From: an uncultured bacterium
GTDB lineage: Bacteria > Patescibacteriota > Minisyncoccia > Moranbacterales > GWC2-37-73
DNA: 64,000 nt
Direction of reading: 5' to 3'
NCBI GenBank assembly: GCA_903885965.1
Contig: CAISKQ010000035.1
Coordinates: forward strand, 3,926 to 67,925
Below are positions 19,171-27,828 of the stretch, piece after piece; positions within the stretch are counted from its first letter, which is position 1; every line of letters begins with the position of its first letter. The notes beneath the pieces are model-generated. The model saw only the letters and a list, made by a program, of their open reading frames with translations. It was not told the origin of the DNA and ran no database searches. The translations under genes and the position numbers were made by a program.

Positions 19171-19172
19171 CT

Positions 19173-20288
19173 ATGAAAATAGCTTTTGTTCATGATTATC
19201 TAGTACAACACGGGGGAGCCGAACGCGTCCTTGAGTGTTTTTTGGAAATTTATCCATACGCCCCGATTTATACAATCGTGCATAATAAAGAAGCTATGCA
19301 TGGTGCTTTTGAGGATAAGCGAATTTACACTTCATATTTGCAAAAAATGCCTTTTGTGAAAAATTGGCATCGAATTTTTCCATTGTTGATGCCGCCAGCC
19401 ATTGAGCAGTTTGATTTTTCCAGTTATGACGTAGTTGTTTCGGATTCTTCAAGTTATGCTAAAGGCATCATTACCCGTCCGGAAACTTTGCACATTTGCT
19501 ACATGCACACTCCGATGCGTTACGCCTGGGATGATTGTCAAAAATATACGCGAGATTTTTATTTCCCGCGTTTTGTTAAAAGCGTCATTCCATTTGCGAT
19601 GAACTATCTTCGTCTTTGGGACAGGGTTAGCGCCGACAGAGTCGATGTATTTGTAGCAAACTCAAATTTTGTGGCTAATCGAATAAAAAAATATTATCGA
19701 AAAAATGCTATCGTGATTCATCCACCTGTTGATACAAAAAGATTTTCTCCAGATGCCAGCATTGAAAAAGCTAAACCATATTTCTTGATGGTTGGCAGAC
19801 TAATCGCATATAAACGTCACGACATTACCATTAAAGCTTTTAATGAACTTGGTCTGACTTTGAAAATAATCGGACGCGGCCCGGAGCTCAAAAGACTTAA
19901 AAAAATAGCCAGACCGAATATTGAATTTTTAGGTCGAGTTGATGATGCGCAATTAAAAAAATATTATCTGGGTTGCCAAGGCGTTATTTTCCCCCAGGAG
20001 GAGGACTTTGGCATTGTGGCCATGGAAGCGCTTGCATGTGGCAAACCTCTTGTGGCATTTCGAGGAGGGGACATTCCTGAACACATGGAAGACCAAACTA
20101 TGGGCGTCTATTTTCAAGTACAAACTAGTCAAGCCATCATTGAAGCTGTGAAAAAATTTCAGACCTTATCTTTTGATCCCCAATATATTTCCAGCAAAGT
20201 CCAAAAGTTTAACCGTGAAATTTTCAAGGAAAGGATGAGGGGGATTATTGAGAACAAGCTCAGGGAGCACAAAACACGTAACGCATAA
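19173..20288 (+). CDS. Glycosyltransferase family 4 (GT-B, group 1)
   Basis: 'MKIAFVHDYLVQHGGAERV' N-terminus and a C-terminal EX7E-like region typical of GT4. Confidence 0.8.
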   Translation: MKIAFVHDYLVQHGGAERVLECFLEIYPYAPIYTIVHNKEAMHGAFEDKRIYTSYLQKMPFVKNWHRIFPLLMPPAIEQFDFSSYDVVVSDSSSYAKGIITRPETLHICYMHTPMRYAWDDCQKYTRDFYFPRFVKSVIPFAMNYLRLWDRVSADRVDVFVANSNFVANRIKKYYRKNAIVIHPPVDTKRFSPDASIEKAKPYFLMVGRLIAYKRHDITIKAFNELGLTLKIIGRGPELKRLKKIARPNIEFLGRVDDAQLKKYYLGCQGVIFPQEEDFGIVAMEALACGKPLVAFRGGDIPEHMEDQTMGVYFQVQTSQAIIEAVKKFQTLSFDPQYISSKVQKFNREIFKERMRGIIENKLREHKTRNA

Positions 20289-20299
20289 TATGAAACATG

Positions 20300-20620
20300 A
20301 AGCATGAGGAATTCAATTCCTAATGTCTAATGCTGGGCAGGAATTTTATATTTTTGCATCCCTCTCCGCACATTGTGCAGTGCGTAGGCAAAAGACGAGT
20401 GATGAGCGTTAAGAAATTTTCAGCGAGCTTTTTCAGCAGAAAAAGTGCAGCGGGAATTTTAATTGGCTTTCAAAATCTTTGATTTTGTCCAGACAATATA
20501 TACCCGGAGGGTGAAGCGAAGAGTGAAGTCTTTGCCCCAGCAACGCCTGTCCGCCTTGGGCGGGAGCACGTGTCGGGATTTCCCTGCCTGCCGGTAGGCA
20601 AGTTTTGTAACTTTTCTTCT
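20300..20620 (+). ncRNA. Candidate structured non-coding RNA or long structured 3' UTR of unknown class, ending in an intrinsic terminator
   Basis: 585 bp gene-free interval. The segment 20490-20600 is about 50% GC, against about 35% for the window, and has several local hairpins. A terminator (CCTGCC-tgcc-GGTAGG + TTTTGTAACTTTTCTTCT) lies at 20583-20620 on the plus strand. No match recognised to RNase P, tmRNA, SRP or 6S consensus. Confidence 0.3.
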
Positions 20621-20799
20621 AAAAGAAAAATTAACCCTTAATTTTGGCAAATAAAAAGAGATGGGCACACAAGCGTTAAAAATTGCTTGATTGTAGCACC
20701 CTATTATACTCCTTTTCCGCCCAAAAGTCAAGACTACCGCAAAAGCGGGGGATGGTATATGGTTAACTAAAGACAAAAGGCATTGTTATATTGATACAC

Positions 20800-20863
20800 T
20801 GTTACATTGTCAGGGATACAAAATAACAATGCGCATCTATAATAACAATATAGCAATGTAACA
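20800..20863. promoter_or_regulatory. Inverted repeat TGTTACATTG (20800-20809) / CAATGTAACA (20854-20863) plus AACAAT direct repeats, just upstream of the GT4 gene
   Basis: Perfect 10 bp arms, and each arm is itself near-palindromic. The right arm ends 11 nt before the ATG at 20874. Confidence 0.4.
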
Positions 20864-20873
20864 ATTTAGCAAT

Positions 20874-22022
20874 ATGAGAGTAGGAGTAGACATCCGTTGT
20901 TTGGTGGAGGGAAAAAATACAGGCGTTGAAGAATACACGACAAACCTTTTGCATCGTCTTTTCGAGTTGGACTCGAAAAATAGCTACGTTTTGTTCATAA
21001 ATTCTTGGCGTCAGCCAAAGGCACAACTAGGACAATTTAAAAAATACAAAAATGTCAGCATCGGGCAATTTCACATTCCAAACAAACTTTTGAACCTGAG
21101 TTTGTGGTATTTTCATTGGCCTCACATCGACAAAATGCTTGGTGGCGTCGACACTTTTTGGATGCCAAATATCAATTTTGTGGCACTTTCCAACGAGGTT
21201 AAGTTTGTTTTAACTATCCATGATCTTTCGTTTGAAATTTTTTCGCAGACTTTTTCGCTCAAACGCAGACTTTGGCATCATTTCATCAATACGAGAGCTC
21301 TTTGCAAACGAGCAGACAAAATTATCGCTGTTTCTGATTCTTCCAAAAATGATATTGTTAGTTATTATGGCATTGATCAGACAAAAATTGAACGTATTTA
21401 TAATGCGGTGTCTGAAGATGTTGGACAATTGGATCGCAATGACCCACATTTAATGGCAGTGAAGGAGAAATATCATCTTCCGTTTAATTTTATTTTTTAT
21501 CTTGGTACAGTTGAACCACGCAAAAATATTCCCGCTATTGTAGCAGCCTTTGACCAGCTAAAATCTTTGCAAAATCCCCAATTAGAAAAATTCAAATTGG
21601 TAATCGCAGGGGGAAAGGGGTGGGGAGTTGAAAAAATTCTTTTCAAAATGCGCAACGCCAAGAGCACAAGCGACATAATTTTTACTAGTTGCGTTACCAA
21701 TGAGGATAAAGCGGCTGTGTATACCTTGGCGTCACTCTTTGTGTATCCTTCATTTTTTGAAGGCTTTGGTATTCCCGTTTTAGAAGCGATGCGTTGCGGG
21801 GTGCCAGTAATAACTTCAAATGTCTCCTCGCTGCCGGAAGTTGTTGGAGATGGCGCAATTATGATTAATCCTGACAATCCGAACGAGCTATTCTTAGCCA
21901 TGAAGGAGTTATTACTAGACAGGAATCTATATGAACAAGTAAAAAATAAGGGCATGCGTCAATCAATCAGGTTTAATTGGGTGACTTCAGCCCGGGAATT
22001 GTTGGTAATTTTGGGTAAATAG
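20874..22022 (+). CDS. Glycosyltransferase family 4
   Basis: GT4 GT-B fold signatures ('FYLGTVEPRKN', 'PSFFEGFGIPVLEAMRCGVPVI'). Confidence 0.8.
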   Translation: MRVGVDIRCLVEGKNTGVEEYTTNLLHRLFELDSKNSYVLFINSWRQPKAQLGQFKKYKNVSIGQFHIPNKLLNLSLWYFHWPHIDKMLGGVDTFWMPNINFVALSNEVKFVLTIHDLSFEIFSQTFSLKRRLWHHFINTRALCKRADKIIAVSDSSKNDIVSYYGIDQTKIERIYNAVSEDVGQLDRNDPHLMAVKEKYHLPFNFIFYLGTVEPRKNIPAIVAAFDQLKSLQNPQLEKFKLVIAGGKGWGVEKILFKMRNAKSTSDIIFTSCVTNEDKAAVYTLASLFVYPSFFEGFGIPVLEAMRCGVPVITSNVSSLPEVVGDGAIMINPDNPNELFLAMKELLLDRNLYEQVKNKGMRQSIRFNWVTSARELLVILGK

Positions 22023-22057
22023 ATTGATTTTTCCTATATTTGTGCTAAAGTTGAATC

Positions 22058-22597
22058 ATGCAAAAAAAGAAAATATATATTGAAATACAAATTCCAGACC
22101 CTGTTAAGCGTCGTTTGGCGAAAAAAATTGAGATGTGGGGTGATTTGCCAATCAAGTGGAACAAAGAGGATAGTCTGCATTTGACTGTTTCTTTTGTTGG
22201 CTATGTAGATGAAAGTGTCATTCCGGAAATCTGTGCAAAGGTTAGTGAAGCAGTTGAAAACATTGAATCTTTTGATTTAGAGCTGACAAAAATTGTGCTA
22301 AGTCCAGATATTAATGACCCCAGGATGGTTATTCTTAGTGGTGAGGTTAGCAATGAGCTTGGGAATTTACATGGGGCTGTTCAAGACGCACTCGGCATGA
22401 AAACGCAGCAATACAAGCAATTTAGACCAAATTTAATGCTTGGAAAAATCAGAAAAGAAAAATGGGATCAACTTGCTGAAAAACCGGTTTTTGATGAAAA
22501 AGTTCACATTATTGTCCCAGTTGACTATGTGAGTGTAATGGAAAGCAAGGGCGGTGGCGCAGCATATGTTTCACTCGAGGATTGCCCATTAGGATAG
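22058..22597 (+). CDS. 2H phosphoesterase superfamily (LigT/ThpR-like) protein
   Basis: First H-x-T-x motif 'LHLTVSFVG' is present. A canonical second HxT motif was not found by eye, so activity and family are uncertain. Confidence 0.45.
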   Translation: MQKKKIYIEIQIPDPVKRRLAKKIEMWGDLPIKWNKEDSLHLTVSFVGYVDESVIPEICAKVSEAVENIESFDLELTKIVLSPDINDPRMVILSGEVSNELGNLHGAVQDALGMKTQQYKQFRPNLMLGKIRKEKWDQLAEKPVFDEKVHIIVPVDYVSVMESKGGGAAYVSLEDCPLG

Positions 22598-22704
22598 AAC
22601 ATGTAATACCAACTTAACTTAATTAGTTGTAGTTTGCTATCCCAGAGCTTAGCTCCGTCCCAATATAACACTAATTTAGTTAATTCGGTATAACATGTAA
22701 CATA

Positions 22705-23442
22705 ATGAGAATACTTGGTGTTAGAATTGATAATCTTAGCAAAAAAGAAATTCTTGAAAAGATAGAATTTTTTTTGATTGAAGAAAAATTCCATCAAATT
22801 GCAACCGTAAATCCAGAGTTTATTTTGGCTGCGCAAGCAGATGCTGACTTTCGGAAAATATTAAATGATTGCGACTTGAATGTTGCAGATGGAGTTGGAA
22901 TTTGGTATGCATTTTTGAGATTCGGAAAATTTTTACAGGGCAGATTTGCCGGAGTTGATCTTCTGGCTGAAATTTTGCAAATTGCCAGTGAAAAAAAATT
23001 AAGTATTTTTCTAGCAATTAGCAAAGATGGTCTCAGCTCATTTGCTGAAATTAAATCTATAATTCAAAAAAAATATCCAGATTTAAAAATTGAAGGAGCT
23101 GATATTGGGATAAATAAGCAGTCATCAGTCATCAATCATCATGGCATGAAGTCCAATAGTCAATTTAAAATAAATGATTGTGACATATTAATTTGCAATT
23201 TCGGTGCACCGTGGCAAGAAAGGTTTATTAAAAACGTAAAAAGTGCTAAAATAAGATTAGCCATAGGGGTTGGCGGTAGTTTTGATTTTCTCACTGGCAA
23301 AATTGCGCGTGCTCCAATCTGGTTACGAAAAGTTGGACTTGAATGGCTGTGGCGTTTTGCTCAAGAACCAGTTTACAGAAGTAAAAGAATCTTTAAGGCA
23401 GTAATAATTTTTCCTATTAAGATATTATTTTCAAAAAAATGA
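22705..23442 (+). CDS. WecB/TagA/CpsF family glycosyltransferase (GT26)
   Basis: 'MRILGVRIDNLSKKEILEKIEFF' N-terminus and a C-terminal 'GLEWLWR' motif characteristic of TagA/WecG. Confidence 0.8.
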   Translation: MRILGVRIDNLSKKEILEKIEFFLIEEKFHQIATVNPEFILAAQADADFRKILNDCDLNVADGVGIWYAFLRFGKFLQGRFAGVDLLAEILQIASEKKLSIFLAISKDGLSSFAEIKSIIQKKYPDLKIEGADIGINKQSSVINHHGMKSNSQFKINDCDILICNFGAPWQERFIKNVKSAKIRLAIGVGGSFDFLTGKIARAPIWLRKVGLEWLWRFAQEPVYRSKRIFKAVIIFPIKILFSKK

Positions 23443-25079
23443 CAAATCAAGAAAAAAAAATTAGAGTGCGTTTTGCACCATCTCCGACTGGGTATTTGCA
23501 TATTGGTGGCCTGCGAACGGCACTTTATAACTATCTTTTTGCCAGAAAACATGAAGGAGTTTTTGCTCTTCGAATTGAAGACACGGACCAGAAAAGATTC
23601 GTTGCCGGTGCAGTTGAAAATCTCATCAAGGCACTTGAGCAAATGGGATTAAACTGGGATGAGGGCGTTTTTGAAGACGCTCAAATCCAAAATATCAAAT
23701 CAGCCAAAAAAGAAAACTCAAAAACATATCCTGGCATAATTGAAGCTGGTGAATTTGGGCCGTATGTTCAATCTGAAAGACTAGAGCTTTACAAAAAATA
23801 TGCCGAGCAATTGGTTTCAGACGGGAAGGCTTATTATTGTTTTTGCGATTCAATCAGACTGGAAGAAATGCGCGAAAAGCAGCAAAAAGAAAAACTTCCA
23901 CCGATGTACGACCGTTATTGTTTAGATACTCTAACTCCAGAGGAAGTTGCTAAGAAATTGGAAACAAAAATTCCAGTAACTATTCGTTTGAAAGTTCCCA
24001 AAAATGAAGTTATAGAATTTGAAGACATTGTACGTGGCAAGGTAAAATTTAATACTGATAACATTGACGACCAAGTTTTGTTCAAGTCTGATGGTTTTCC
24101 AACCTATCATTTGGCGAGCGTTGTTGATGATCATCTGATGGAAATTACACAGGTTATTCGTGGCGAAGAATGGCTGCCAAGCACTCCAAAGCATATCTTG
24201 CTTTATCGCGCCTTTGGTTGGCAAGAGCCTGACTTTGCCCATATTCCACTCCTGCTCAACGCTGATAAATCAAAACTTTCCAAAAGGCAAGGAGACGTGG
24301 CAGTGGAAGATTATCTTAAAAAGGGATATCTAAAAGAAGCAGTCATTAATTTCGTAGCTATGCTTGGTTGGAATGAGGGGGAGGGAAGTGTGCAAGAAAT
24401 TTTTTCAATGGAAGAGCTTATCCAAAAATTTGATTTGAAAAAAGTTCACAAGGCCGGAGCAGTTTTTGACATAAAAAAATTAGATTGGATTAATGGCCAA
24501 TATATTAAAAAAATTCCAGTCGAGCAATTATATTCAAATGTGATAGTATTTCTTGCAGAAAAGGATTATTTTAAAATATGGAGTGCTGAACATGAGGCTT
24601 GGAATGAAACAGAAAAAGAAGAATACATCAAAAGGGTATTAACCATCGAGCAGGACAGACTTCAGAATCTATCCCAAGTTGGAGATGAAAACGAGTTCTT
24701 TTTCAGGGATATAAATTTCGACAAAAAGTTGTTATATTGGAAGGAAATGTCGAAAGAGAAACTTAATTACTCGCTGGAACATTCAATGGAGATTTTAAGT
24801 GATATTGACTGGGAAAACCAAGCTCCTGATATCGCAATTAACATCATAAATACAGCTCTTAATAAGGATCTTGAAGTCAGCAATACTATTAATCTGGTAA
24901 ATCCTGAATTAGATGAAAACAACAATGAACTGCATAAATTAAGTGTTGGAGAATTGTATTGGCCATTACGTGTAGCTTTAACAGGGCAACAAAAATCGCC
25001 ATCGCCTGCTGACTGCGCCTGGGTTCTTGGAAAAAAAGAAACTCTCAGGAGAATCGAAAATGCTTTGAGTAGTTTGTAA
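23439..25079 (+). CDS. gltX: Glutamate--tRNA ligase
   Basis: 'RFAPSPTGYLHIGGLRTALYNYLFARK' HIGH motif and 'KLSKRQG' KMSKS motif; 546 aa with a long anticodon-binding C-terminus. Confidence 0.9.
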   Translation: MTNQEKKIRVRFAPSPTGYLHIGGLRTALYNYLFARKHEGVFALRIEDTDQKRFVAGAVENLIKALEQMGLNWDEGVFEDAQIQNIKSAKKENSKTYPGIIEAGEFGPYVQSERLELYKKYAEQLVSDGKAYYCFCDSIRLEEMREKQQKEKLPPMYDRYCLDTLTPEEVAKKLETKIPVTIRLKVPKNEVIEFEDIVRGKVKFNTDNIDDQVLFKSDGFPTYHLASVVDDHLMEITQVIRGEEWLPSTPKHILLYRAFGWQEPDFAHIPLLLNADKSKLSKRQGDVAVEDYLKKGYLKEAVINFVAMLGWNEGEGSVQEIFSMEELIQKFDLKKVHKAGAVFDIKKLDWINGQYIKKIPVEQLYSNVIVFLAEKDYFKIWSAEHEAWNETEKEEYIKRVLTIEQDRLQNLSQVGDENEFFFRDINFDKKLLYWKEMSKEKLNYSLEHSMEILSDIDWENQAPDIAINIINTALNKDLEVSNTINLVNPELDENNNELHKLSVGELYWPLRVALTGQQKSPSPADCAWVLGKKETLRRIENALSSL

Positions 25080-25106
25080 CTGCAGAGAATTTTTTATCAA
25101 AAAAAT

Positions 25107-26429
25107 ATGTCAAGCGCAAAAAATAAAAAAACAAAAAATAACATCACTAAACTTGCTTTTCGAGGTAGTATTTTTTTGGCGATTGTATTTTTTGCAGTAA
25201 TCTCAAAAGAAAGAGCCGCTGCTACGGACACGACCATTCCTGTCACCAGCGATGCACAAGCAAAAATTAATGAACTTAACAGTCGAGCTGCTATCTATCG
25301 TCAAATTATTGACATCAAGAAAAAACAAAGCGAAACATTGGGAACCAAGATTTCTTCAATGAATTCAACTATTCAAGATGTGAAAGCTCAAATACGAGAT
25401 ACTGGAAGCCAAATTGATGATCTTAATGCTCAAATTGCAAAGCTTGAAAGCCAAATCAATGAAAAAAAAGCACTCATAGTCTCAAATAAGGAAGTGCTGA
25501 CTCAAATGATTCAGTCATATTATCAAATTAGTCAAACAAGTCCTGTTGCAATATATCTTTCAGATGACACTCTGGCATCATTCATGGTTAACGAGGATCG
25601 CATTTCTCAAACTGGAGACAAGATAAATCAAATGATTGAAACACTTAAAGATTTGAAAGCCAAAATTCAAGTTCAGAGCGATGAATTAGCAGGCAGAAAA
25701 GCTGACGTAGTCAGTGCTCATCAGGATTTACAAAGCAAAAGTGATAACTTTGAATCAATAAAGAAGCAGCAAACAGCGCTTTTAGTGCAAACACAAGGTG
25801 AGCAAGCTCAGTATTCGCAACTACTCAAAAATATCCAAGAACAGAAAGCTCAATTGTTGGATATTGACCAATTTTTTGCAGCTAGCGGTTTATCAGCATC
25901 ATCATATCCGAAACCAGATTCAAAATATTTCGCATCTACTAGCTGGTATTTTTCACAGTGGGATTCTAAGTGGGGAAATATGACAATTGGAAAAACAAAA
26001 ACATTGATGAAAAGTTATGGATGCGCCGTCACCGCAGTAGCTATGGTTTTCAAAGAACACGGTGGCTCAATTACTCCTGGCATGCTTGCAAAGGAATCAA
26101 TATTTTCAGGAGATCTTATTAATTGGCCAGCCACCTGGAATAGCCCTAAGTTAAGCTTGAGTAATGACGGAAAATCACACAAAAATATTGATTGGTCAAT
26201 TATCGATACTCAAATTGCTAAAAATATTCCTGTGATTGTATATATCGGGAAATCAAACGGATCAGGTGGTCATTATGTGGTGATTCATCATAAGGATTCA
26301 AATGGAAAATATGTTGTCCATGATCCATATTTTGGAGCTAATATTTTCCTGGACACCTCCAGAGCTCTTATTGGCGCTATGGGCTCAAGTGGTTCTACCT
26401 ATGTCGATCAGATGATTATTTATAACTAG
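25107..26429 (+). CDS. Secreted coiled-coil protein with a C-terminal C39-like (YvpB-type) cysteine peptidase domain; PcsB-like putative cell-wall hydrolase architecture
   Basis: N-terminal signal anchor, long heptad-like coiled coil, and a C-terminal 'SYGCAVTAVAMVF...GGHYVVIHH' Cys/His pair as in Peptidase_C39_2. Confidence 0.55.
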   Translation: MSSAKNKKTKNNITKLAFRGSIFLAIVFFAVISKERAAATDTTIPVTSDAQAKINELNSRAAIYRQIIDIKKKQSETLGTKISSMNSTIQDVKAQIRDTGSQIDDLNAQIAKLESQINEKKALIVSNKEVLTQMIQSYYQISQTSPVAIYLSDDTLASFMVNEDRISQTGDKINQMIETLKDLKAKIQVQSDELAGRKADVVSAHQDLQSKSDNFESIKKQQTALLVQTQGEQAQYSQLLKNIQEQKAQLLDIDQFFAASGLSASSYPKPDSKYFASTSWYFSQWDSKWGNMTIGKTKTLMKSYGCAVTAVAMVFKEHGGSITPGMLAKESIFSGDLINWPATWNSPKLSLSNDGKSHKNIDWSIIDTQIAKNIPVIVYIGKSNGSGGHYVVIHHKDSNGKYVVHDPYFGANIFLDTSRALIGAMGSSGSTYVDQMIIYN

Positions 26430-26480
26430 GCGGATGGTACTTTATATATATGACAGTCTTTTGATAATTAGTTATTTTAA

Positions 26481-26508
26481 AATACCCAATATGCTTGGGT
26501 ATTTTTTG
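26481..26508 (+). terminator. Rho-independent terminator (AATACCCAA-tatgc-TTGGGTATT + TTTTTT)
   Basis: 9 bp perfect stem, 5 nt loop, T-run. Confidence 0.65.
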
Positions 26509-27323
26509 TTGTCACATTTTTAGATGTAAAAGGTTGTGCGACACTAAAGTGGGTAAGTCATTGAGAAGAGGTGGTTGTATTTTCTGAATCCTAATCATGG
26601 CCGTAAGTTGCATTTGAAAGCGGTATTAATTTGAGATTTCCAATTGCTTTGATATGTGCTTAATTAAATCTATCATGCGCATATGTAAATTGGATTTTGT
26701 CGAAAAATATTTTTTTTAAAAATAATTATAAATATAATTACAAATTTGAATTTCATTGGCAAAATTTTAGATGATCCAAATCATTGAATTAGCTATATAT
26801 TTATCCTTAGAATAGCTTTTGCATAAAATGTGATACTTGAGTACCAAAAATGAATTATATGTCAGCAAAGGGTCAATATTTGGACCAAAAATAGCTAAAA
26901 ATCACCCAAAAAGACGCTCAAAATAATGGCTTATCTGAGCCAAAAAACGACGCTCAAAATTGACCTGCAAGGGGCCTTGGATTGAGAAGTGATACACTTA
27001 TACCACTACATATGGCTTATTTAAAGCTCAATTTTGGCCTAGGCATAATATTGATAAAAATATAAAAAGAAAGGGATATAGGTTAAGGAAATAAATAGAA
27101 AGCGAGCTAAATCTGAACTATTAATGGGTATGTAGGTGAGTGGGTAGTTACTGATGTATAAGTAGCTATATTATTGTAAACAGTTAAAGCTTCGAAGATG
27201 TGGTAGCATCTGTAAAATTGAATAATGCTTAGTAGGGACGCAGTTAAATTAATACTATGTCGTGAAAGATATATTGTGCGACGTTGTCTATAAAAACAAA
27301 ATAACAGTCACCTAACCCATTAG

Positions 27324-27710
27324 TTATTTTTTGTCTTGATAATTTTTAATGGCGGCATGCAAAGCATCAGCGGCAAGGTTACTGCAATGCATTTTTGCCG
27401 ACGGAAGACCACCCAACTCTTCAGCAACGCTTTTATTGGTGATGGCAAGTGCTTGCGAAATTGTCTTTCCTTTTGCTAGATCAGTAGTCATTGAGGAGGT
27501 TGAAATTGCTGCTCCACAGCCTAGTGTTTCAAATTTAACATCTTTAATTATTTCTTGCCCTTTTTTGTCTTTTTTAACCTTAATATAAAGACGCATAATG
27601 TCTCCACATTTTGGATTACCGACGGTTCCAATGCCATCAGCATTTTTAATTTTTCCCTGATTGTGAGGACGCGTAAAGTGCTCCATCACTTTTTTGGTGT
27701 ATTTTTGCAT
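27324..27710 (-). CDS. Fe-S cluster assembly scaffold protein (IscU/NifU N-terminal domain family)
   Basis: Three conserved Cys in 'NPKCGD', 'LGCGAAI' and 'HCS'. Confidence 0.85.
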   Translation of the reverse strand: MQKYTKKVMEHFTRPHNQGKIKNADGIGTVGNPKCGDIMRLYIKVKKDKKGQEIIKDVKFETLGCGAAISTSSMTTDLAKGKTISQALAITNKSVAEELGGLPSAKMHCSNLAADALHAAIKNYQDKK

Positions 27711-27716
27711 ATGTTT

Positions 27717-27825
27717 CTACGAATTACGAATTTTTACGAATGTACTAAGATGAAATAAATTATAGATTATTTTTTAACTGAAAACGAATCGAATTCGTAC
27801 ATTCGTACTCATTCGTAATTCGTAG
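27717..27825 (-). repeat. Long intercistronic hairpin filling the whole nifS-nifU gap (29 bp arms, 3 nt internal mismatch, 51 nt loop) built from TACGAA/TTCGTA units
   Basis: 27717-27745 pairs with 27797-27825, checked base by base. The 3' arm ends 6 nt before the nifU start codon. Confidence 0.6.
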
Positions 27826-27828
27826 TGA

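Noticed and set aside
20300-20620. Assignment of the GC-rich region to RNase P RNA, tmRNA or SRP RNA
   Set aside because: By eye there is no GGAAAGTCCGG (P4) or ACAGAACCCGGCTTA block, no tRNA-like 3' end (GGTTCGAATCC...CCA) or tag ORF ending in ALAA, and no SRP domain IV consensus. A partial ACCCGGAGGGTGAAGCGAAGAGTG resemblance to RNase P CR-II is in the wrong order. It is left unclassified.
20459-20776. 105-codon minus-strand ORF spanning the GC-rich intergenic region
   Set aside because: It is antisense to the plus-strand terminator and hairpins, its translation looks like no protein family, and its GC composition differs from the window's coding average. The non-coding RNA or UTR interpretation is preferred.
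26430-27323. Chromosomal origin (oriC) in the 890 bp gene-free interval
   Set aside because: Only one weak DnaA-box-like nonamer (TTATCCTTA), no dnaA or dnaN nearby, and no clear DnaA-box cluster.
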